Part shown: in pieces, positions 38,101 through 45,105 of the stretch | Position numbering within the stretch: position 1 is the first letter of the stretch | Layout: the number at the start of each line of letters is the position of its first letter | DNA from: Nemertoderma westbladi | Taxonomy: Eukaryota > Animalia > Xenacoelomorpha | Direction: 5' to 3' | DNA: 45,105 bases | Assembly: GCA_032718475.1 (NCBI GenBank) | Contig: JAUCBJ010005737.1 | Coordinates: 1-45,105, forward strand | Program-made: the position numbers and the translations under genes | The notes under the pieces: generated by a model | The model's input: only the letters and a program-made list of their open reading frames with translations | What the model was told of the DNA's origin: nothing | The model's database searches: none

Positions 38101-39681
38101 TCAGATGGAACCAAGAACAATACGGTAGATGCAGAGGAAGCTTCAGAGGAAACTGTAACAGATACATTTATTTCAAGTGATGTGGATGATAATATGAAAC
38201 GTTTTGATCGTGCAAAGGAAGAAGAATTAAAGAAGTGGATAGACATGAAGACATATGTCGAGGTAGAAGATGCTGGTCAATACGCAATATCAACCAAATG
38301 GGTTCTAACAGAGAAATTGAAGAACGATGGAGTACAGTTGAAGGCTCGTCTCTGTGCTCGAGGGTTTGAGGACGATGGCTGTGGCAGAACTGAATCACCA
38401 ACATGCTATAAAGACTCACTTAGAGTATGTTTAATATTGATTTCAACATTTGGATGGAGGCTTAATGTCATTGATATAAAGAGTGCATATCTGCAAGGAA
38501 TTCCCATGGAGAGGGATGTATATATTCTCCCACCAAAAGAATCGCATACTGCATTTATATGGAGACTAAATCATTCGGTTTATGGCCTCAATGAATCGGG
38601 ACGAAAGTGGTATCTGAGAGTCGTTGAGGAGTTTACTAAACTGAATGTAAAGAAATCACAATTCGATCCAGCTATATTTTATTCTCATCGTAACAATAAA
38701 CTCAATGGAATAATAGTAATCCACGTTGATGACATGGTTTGGGCTGGAGATGATTTCTTCAAAATTAACATTATCGATCGATTGAAATCTACATTTATTG
38801 TTAGCTATGAATCTAGTGTCGTCATGAAATACCTTGGTCTAGATTTAAAGCAAGACAGAGATTGCATTACAATTAATTTATCAAAATATGTACAAGATAT
38901 TAATGCCGGTAACATTGAAGTACCATCCGACCGAATTTCCGTGAAAGAAAGTCCTCTAACTGATCATGAAGCCAGAGAATATAAAGGTTTGTTGGGCCAA
39001 TTAAACTGGGCAACTACACAATGTCGGCTCGATGCTTCATTTGACTCTTGTCAACTGGCGTGCTTTTCGAGGAGCGCTAACATTGGGCATCTGTTGAGAA
39101 TCTTAAAAACAATAAAAAGATTGAAATACAATGACTTATCTATTCATCTGCATAATCTTGGAGAACCAAATCATCTCGAAATACTATGTTATAGTGATGC
39201 AAGTTTGGGTAATTTACCTGACGGTGGATCTCAGGGTGGCCACATTGTGTTACTTCTCGGTAATAACAACAAAGCATCCATCATATCGTGGCATAGTAAG
39301 CATATTCGACGCGTAGTTAAAAGTTCGCTGGCGGCGGAAACGGTTGAAATGGTAGAAGCTGTCGAATCAGCATTTTTACAATCTCAATTCATAAAGGAAT
39401 TGATAGGTAATATAGATATACCCATAACAGCCCTAACTGATAGTAAATCATTGTATGAAGCCACTCACTCCTTAACATCAGTTCGAGACAAGCGACTACG
39501 AATAGATATTGCGATTCTGAGAGAAATGTTGGCTCACAAAGAACTTTCAGATATCATCTGGGTTCCCACCAATCTGCAAATCGCAAACGTTCTCACCAAA
39601 CAAGGAGCTAATGTCGGGTCTATTAAATGGGCTCTACGACGATCAGCTACATACGATAGAAATGAATGGAAATTTAAATGA
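35185..39681 (+). CDS. Copia gag-pol polyprotein, 1498 aa, uninterrupted
   Basis: Zinc knuckle CGCCLSIYHYESDC; protease IIDTGC; integrase HKQFAH..CDIC with D (GMDL), D (LSDNGGEF) and E (GLVERHN); RT KARLCARGFE, DIKSAYLQG, VYGLNESGRKW and HVDD; RNase H YSDAS, AAET and TDSKS. Confidence 0.97.
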   Translation: MDQSTIGPNTSNNRVNVKNPPPLREDISYENWVRELEIWQDATDIPKTRQGPTVFLSLTGVAREAILEISRDELKGEDGVNRIIEKLDSLYLKDKAIRAFHSYDKFCSFRRATDSNITDFIITFERNVNKCKALNMILPDGVLAYQLLKCANLDDTKNQLALATVGELTYDNMKKQILKLFVDVSPQYVNSSSRDTDIKIKSEPIFAASVEQDTGTWDSEDIEWDYETDCYYGNSYYRGSYPRSSGRFSRRPRIARYIVTNNRRPQRGTVTSYRGNAPKAAGTLRLNPPDQYGRPTQCGCCLSIYHYESDCKESPKSTEYKSALFNTVNIENEDKLQIDNITLFTDADLVPKNHLLSETLNCAIIDTGCTTTVAGETWLRCYIESLNCVDKRDIVYEDSNVWFRFGDGERYLSKVRAKIPIHVGSQRVYLHVNLVQCDIPLLLSRSAIKKGNGKINFNEDTIELLGENLDLIISSTGHYCLALYRSKELMVENAKQILFTSPLKGKDKNELEKDINKLHKQFAHPPASRLKELISDAGYSSILINSIIDDVTKQCDICKCFKSAPLKPVVGFPLANTFNETVGMDLKEIRPGFHILHFVDHATRFSQAALINNKRKETIVERIFDYWIRLYGAPMKLLSDNGGEFNNGELLELCEKFNIRVLTTAAESPWSNGLVERHNRILANCIEKIVFQSPVNLNLAVQWAISAKNSLIIVYGFTPNVLVFGKNPNFPSNFMNKLPADGSACSSSIVRDNLNALHLARESFIRQESCEKLRRALSRKTRAYSDYIFTNGEEVYYKRNNSTAWKGPAKVLGVDNKMVLVKHGGQYLRVHPCRLQLVNVNAKNDEITSSNCNANNKVIETSDDDSDMNENNLSNIPGYSPDAAANSFEGTSTPSIGKDETQENTKTKLPRTKENIEYLENNSDQWKSAKILGRGGKATGKFWHFINMENAAGEQYCKSFRDDIKEWRINTVSDGTKNNTVDAEEASEETVTDTFISSDVDDNMKRFDRAKEEELKKWIDMKTYVEVEDAGQYAISTKWVLTEKLKNDGVQLKARLCARGFEDDGCGRTESPTCYKDSLRVCLILISTFGWRLNVIDIKSAYLQGIPMERDVYILPPKESHTAFIWRLNHSVYGLNESGRKWYLRVVEEFTKLNVKKSQFDPAIFYSHRNNKLNGIIVIHVDDMVWAGDDFFKINIIDRLKSTFIVSYESSVVMKYLGLDLKQDRDCITINLSKYVQDINAGNIEVPSDRISVKESPLTDHEAREYKGLLGQLNWATTQCRLDASFDSCQLACFSRSANIGHLLRILKTIKRLKYNDLSIHLHNLGEPNHLEILCYSDASLGNLPDGGSQGGHIVLLLGNNNKASIISWHSKHIRRVVKSSLAAETVEMVEAVESAFLQSQFIKELIGNIDIPITALTDSKSLYEATHSLTSVRDKRLRIDIAILREMLAHKELSDIIWVPTNLQIANVLTKQGANVGSIKWALRRSATYDRNEWKFK

Positions 39682-39892
39682 ATTTTTAAATGAATTGATG
39701 TTTTGATGCTATAATAACTCCAATGTCCCAAGTTTAAATTTGAATAATGAAATATTTTTGGGGAGCAATCGCAACGAGACGCAACGCAACGCAAAGTGAC
39801 GGGTTGAGATTTACTTGGTAATTTTTTATTTACTTAATATGTGAACTGAGGTGGTGGTTACCTATTAATATTATTAGAAAGTTATGGGAGTA

Positions 39893-40055
39893 TGTGAATG
39901 AGGATTAGCGGGAGATTTGAACTATGTTTTACATGTGTAAGCTTGACATTATTAGTGTATTAGTGGAACAGTAGTCTGACAATAAAGGGATACCGGTACG
40001 GTATTACCTAGTGCAATATGCATTACAATATACTTGTTATTATATTGCATTAACA
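39893..40055 (+). repeat. probable full-length 3' LTR (163 bp, TG...CA), preceded by a PPT-like tract
   Basis: AGAAAGTTATGGGAGTA (39876-39892) abuts TGTGAATG, which is a 7/8 inverted match to the 3' terminus CATTAACA. AATAAA is at 39981. The last 54 bp are identical to the 5' LTR. The left boundary is inferred. Confidence 0.65.
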
Positions 40056-42604
40056 CTAGCCACATAGAGACCGTAGCCTTTATAGTCTGTAGCTCAGGAA
40101 CTAGTCATACAGAGACCGTAGCCTTTATAGTCTGTAGCTCAGGAACTAGCCACATAGAGACCGAAGCCTTTATAGTCTGTAGCTCAGGAACTAGCCACAT
40201 AGAGACCGTAGCCTTTATAATCTGTAGCTCAGGAACTAGCCACATAGAGACCGTAGCCTTTATAGTCTGTAGCTCAGGAACTAGCCACATAGAGACCGAA
40301 GCCTTTATACACTGTAGCTCAGGAACTAGTCACATAGAGACCGAAGCCTTTATACACTGTAGCTGAGGAACTAGCCACATACATAGAGACCGAAGCCTTT
40401 ATATACTGTAGCTCAGGAACTAGCCACATAGAGACCGAAGCCTTTATACACTGTAGCTCTGGAACTAGCCACATAGAGACCGAAGCCTTTATAGTCTGTA
40501 GCTCAGGAACTAGCCACACAGAGACCGAAGCCTTTATAGTCTGTAGCTCAGGAACTAGCCACATAGAGACCGAAGCCTTTATACACTGTAGCTCAGGAAC
40601 TAGCCACATAGAGACCGTAGCCTTTATAGTCTGTAGCTCAGGAACTAGCCACACAGAGACCGAAGCCTTTATAGTCTGTAGCTCAGAAACTAGCCACACA
40701 GAGACCGAAGCCTTTATAGTCTGTAGCTCAGGAACTAGCCACATAGAGACCGAAGCCTTTATAGTCTGTAGCTCAAGAACTAGCCACATACATAGAGACC
40801 GAAGCCTTTATAGTCTGTAGCTCAGGAACTAGCCACATAGAGACCGAAGCCTTTATACACTGTAGCTCAGGAACTAGCCACATACATAGAGACCGAAGCC
40901 TTTATACACTGTAGCTCAGGAACTAGCCACATACATAGAGACCGAAGCCTTTATAGTCTGTAGCTCAGGAACTAGCCACATAGAGACCGAAGCCTTTATA
41001 GTCTGTAGCTCAGGAACTAGCCACATAGAGACCGAAGCCTTTATACAATGTAGCTCAGGAACTAGTCACATAGAGACCGAAGCCTTTATACACTGTAGCT
41101 GAGGAACTAGCCACACAGAGACCGAAGCCTTTATAGTCTGTAGCTCAGGAACTAGCCACATAGAGACCGAAGCCTTTATAGTCTGTAGCTCAGGAACTAG
41201 CCACATAGAGACCGAAGCCTTTATTGTCTGTAGCTCAGGAACTAGCCACATAGAGACCGAAGCCTTTATACACTGTAGCTCAGGAACTAGCCACATACAT
41301 AGAGACCGAAGCCTTTATACACTGTAGCTCAGGAACTAGCCACATACATAGAGACCGAAGCCTTTATAGTCTGTAGCTCAGGAACTAGCCACATAGAGAC
41401 CGAAGCCTTTATAGTCTGTAGCTCAGGAACTAGCCACATAGAGACCGAAGCCTTTATACAATGTAGCTCAGGAACTAGTCACATAGAGACCGAAGCCTTT
41501 ATACACTGTAGCTGAGGAACTAGCCACACAGAGACCGAAGCCTTTATAGTCTGTAGCTCAGGAACTAGCCACATAGAGACCGAAGCCTTTATAGTCTGTA
41601 GCTCAGGAACTAGCCACATAGAGACCGAAGCCTTTATTGTCTGTAGCTCAGGAACTAGCCACATAGAGACCGAAGCCTTTATACACTGTAGCTCAGGAAC
41701 TAGCCACATAGAGACCGAAGCCTTTATAGTCTGTAGCTCAGGAACTAGCCACATAGAGACCGAAGCCTTTATACACTGTAGCTCAGGAACTAGCCACATA
41801 GAGACCGAAGCCTTTATAGTCTGTAGCTCAGGAACTAGCCACATAGAGACCGAAGCCTTTATAGTCTGTAGCTCAGGAACTAGCCACATAGAGACCGAAG
41901 CCTTTATAGTCTGTAGCTCAGGAACTAGCCACATAGAGACCGAAGCCTTTATACACTGTAGCTCAGGAACTAGTCACACAGAGATCGAAGCCTTTATACA
42001 CTGTAGCTCAGGAACTAGCCACATAGAGACCGAAGCCTTTATAGTCTGTAGCTCAGGAACTAGCCACATAGAGACCGAAGCCTTTATACACTGTAGCTCA
42101 GGAACTAGCCACATAGAGACCGAAGCCTTTATAGTCTGTAGCTCAGGAACTAGCCACATAGAGACCGAAGCCTTTATACACTGTAGCTCAGGAACTAGCC
42201 ACATAGAGACCGAAGCCTTTATAGTCTGTAGCTCAGGAACTAGCCACATAGAGACCGAAGCCTTTATAGTCTGTAGCTCAGGAACTAGCCACATAGAGAC
42301 CGAAGCCTTTATAGTCTGTAGCTCAGGAACTAGCCACATAGAGACCGAAGCCTTTATACACTGTAGCTCAGGAACTAGTCACACAGAGATCGAAGCCTTT
42401 ATACACTGTAGCTCAGGAACTAGCCACATAGAGACCGAAGCCTTTATAGTCTGTAGCTCAGGAACTAGCCACATAGAGACCGAAGCCTTTATACACTGTA
42501 GCTCAGGAACTAGCCACATAGAGACCGAAGCCTTTATAGTCTGTAGCTCAGGAACTAGCCACATAGAGACCGAAGCCTTTATAGTCTGTAGCTCAGGAAC
42601 TAGC
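40056..42604. repeat. 45-bp satellite array, block 2 (~56 monomers)
   Basis: Same monomer and orientation as block 1, resuming in register after the TSD. Confidence 0.98.
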
Positions 42605-45105
42605 TATTACCTAGTGCAATATGCATTACAATATACTTGTTATTATATTGCATTAACATGGTAGCAGAGCCAAACCACGGGGTGTTGATAATGGTACCAG
42701 TGTCTGGGCTATAACATACCTGAATTAATGTCGGAGATAACGTTTAATTTAAAGTACCGGTACAGAAATTAACGGTACCGGTACTGTATACCAAACAATC
42801 TAAATACCAATATACCGATACGTATAAGACTGTAAGATATAGATAATAACTAATGCAATGGATCAATCTACGATTGGGCCTAATACAAGTAATAATAGAG
42901 TTAATGTTAAAAATCCACCACCACTTAGAGAAGACATATCTTACGAAAATTGGGTCCGAGAATTAGAAATATGGCAAGACGCGACAGACATTCCGAAAAC
43001 TCGGCAGGGACCCACCGTTTTCCTGAGTTTAACTGGCGTCGCCAGAGAGGCGATTCTAGAGATCTCCCGGGATGAATTAAAAGGTGAAAACGGAGTAAAT
43101 CGTATCATAGAGAAACTCGATTCCTTGTATTTAAAAGATAAGGCCATACGGGCATTCCACTCTTATGATAAATTCTGTAGTTTTAGACGAGCCACAGACT
43201 CCAATATCACAGATTTTATAATAACTTTTGAGCGAAACGTAAATAAATGTAAAGCGCTTAATATGATTCTTCCAGATGGGGTTTTAGCCTATCAACTATT
43301 GAAATGCGCAAATTTAGATGATACCAAAAACCAATTAGCGTTAGCAACGGTCGGCGAGCTAACCTATGATAATATGAAAAAGCAAATACTGAAATTATTC
43401 GTTGATGTTTCGCCTCAGTATGTAAATAGTAGTAGCAGAGATACGGATATTAAAATAAAATCTGAACCGATATTTGCCGCTTCGGTCGAACAGGATACCG
43501 GAACTTGGGATTCAGAGGATATTGAATGGGATTATGAAACTGATTGTTACTATGGAAATTCATATTACAGGGGGAGTTATCCACGAAGCAGCGGAAGGTT
43601 TAGTCGCAGGCCAAGAATAGCCAGATACATAGTCACTAACAATAGGAGACCTCAACGAGGAACTGTCACTTCCTATCGGGGAAACGCGCCGAAAGCTGCA
43701 GGAACTTTGCGATTAAATCCCCCAGATCAGTACGGCAGACCTACACAATGTGGTTGCTGCCTGTCAATTTATCATTATGAATCCGATTGTAAAGAATCAC
43801 CAAAAAGTACCGAATATAAGTCCGCTCTCTTTAACACTGTGAACATTGAAAACGAAGACAAGCTTCAAATTGACAATATAACACTTTTCACCGATGCCGA
43901 TCTTGTCCCTAAAAATCATCTTCTGTCAGAAACTCTCAACTGCGCTATTATTGACACGGGCTGTACAACGACTGTCGCTGGAGAGACATGGCTGAGATGC
44001 TACATTGAGTCTTTAAACTGTGTCGATAAACGAGATATAGTTTACGAGGACAGCAATGTATGGTTTAGATTTGGAGATGGTGAACGCTATTTATCTAAAG
44101 TTAGAGCCAAAATTCCAATTCATGTTGGAAGTCAACGTGTATATCTTCATGTGAATCTCGTACAATGTGATATACCTCTTCTTTTGTCTAGATCTGCGAT
44201 TAAAAAAGGCAACGGAAAAATAAATTTCAATGAAGATACAATAGAACACCTTGGAGAAAATTTAGACCTAATCATTTCTTCAACTGGGCATTATTGTTTA
44301 GCCTTGTACCGTTCCAAGGAGTTGATGGTAGAAAATGCTAAACAGATTCTATTTACTTCACCACTGAAAGGAAAAGACAAAAATGAGTTAGAAAAAGATA
44401 TAAATAAACTTCATAAACAGTTCGCACATCCTCCAGCTAGTCGATTAAAAGAACTAATTTCGGATGCCGGCTATAGTTCTATACTTATAAACTCGATCAT
44501 AGATGATGTTACAAAACAGTGCGATATATGTAAGTGCTTCAAATGAGCTCCTTTGAAACCTGTAGTTGGGTTTCCATTAGCTAATACATTCAATGAAACA
44601 GTTGGAATGGATCTGAAAGAAATTAGACCTGGTTTTCATATTCTTCACTTTGTTGATCACGCCACAAGGTTCTCTCAAGCTGCCTTGATTAATAATAAAC
44701 GCAAAGAGACGATCGTTGAAAGGATATTTGATTATTGGATTCGGCTGTATGGTGCACCAATGAAACTCCTCTCGGACAACGGGGGCGAATTCAACAATGG
44801 AGAATTGCTTGAATTATGTGAAAAATTTAACATTCGGGTTCTCACCACCGCAGCAGAAAGCCCTTGGTCGAATGGGCTTGTTGAAAGACACAACAGAATA
44901 TTAGCGAATTGCATCGAAAAAATTGTATTCCAATCCCCTGTTAATTTAAACTTGGCTGTACAATGGGCAATATCCGCCAAAAATTCTTTGATCAATGTTT
45001 ACGGTTTCACTCCTAATGTTTTGGTGTTTGGGAAAAATCCAAATTTCCCATCAAACTTCATGAATAAATTACCAGCTGACGGTTCCGCTTGTAGTAGTAG
45101 TATAG
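42605..45105 (+). mobile_element. Ty1/Copia retrotransposon, copy 2 (runs off the window)
   Basis: CTAGC (42600-42604) is followed by the identical 54-bp LTR at 42605-42658 and the PBS at 42659-42670. The internal sequence is almost identical to copy 1. Confidence 0.95.
42858..45105 (+). pseudogene. gag-pol of copy 2 with a premature stop at codon 563
   Basis: TCA (copy 1) is TGA at 44544-44546, just after the integrase HHCC. The frame continues collinearly to the window end. Confidence 0.9.

Larger units (their letters stand above)
34934..40055 (+). mobile_element. Ty1/Copia LTR retrotransposon (GalEa-like), copy 1, 5122 bp, TSD CTAGC
   Basis: Identical 54-bp direct repeats lie at 34934-34987 and 40002-40055. 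CTAGC is at 34929-34933 and 40056-40060. The PBS is TGGTAGCAGAGC and there is a single gag-pol ORF with PR-IN-RT-RH order. Confidence 0.95.

Noticed and set aside
25737-42564. Many minus-strand ORFs with the 15-aa repeat MWLVPELQTIKASVS, plus the + strand ORF at 40034
   Set aside because: These are a by-product of a 45-bp stop-free monomer. They are repeatedly broken by +4 bp variants and TGA-creating substitutions.
32385-42604. Simple 7671-bp tandem duplication as the origin of Copia copy 2
   Set aside because: The upstream monomer variant patterns do not match between the two copies. This is disfavoured rather than excluded, because a crossover very close to the junction or later turnover could hide it.

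Overview
AT-rich, repeat-dense eukaryotic DNA, probably from an invertebrate animal. It holds one host gene: a 3-exon exportin-5 (XPO5) homologue at 19061-23105 (+), about 1171 aa. The left 19 kb is a patchwork of tandem arrays (28, 37, 53 and 7 bp units), nested palindromic TA-flanked MITEs, Harbinger-, hAT- and P-like non-autonomous elements, a LINE 3' fragment and a ~2 kb tandem segmental duplication. The right half has 55-bp and 23-bp arrays, then a large 45-bp satellite (25517-42604). Two near-identical GalEa-type Ty1/Copia retrotransposons sit in this satellite at the same nucleotide of the monomer (after CTAGC) and in the same orientation. The complete copy (34934-40055, 5-bp TSD CTAGC, intact 1498-aa polyprotein) has an apparent 163-bp 3' LTR but only its last 54 bp at the 5' end. 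The second copy has the identical shortened 5' end. The most interesting candidate system is therefore a satellite-targeted Copia element with a reproducibly U3-less, hairpin-forming 5' LTR. Family assignments rest on motif recognition, not database searches.
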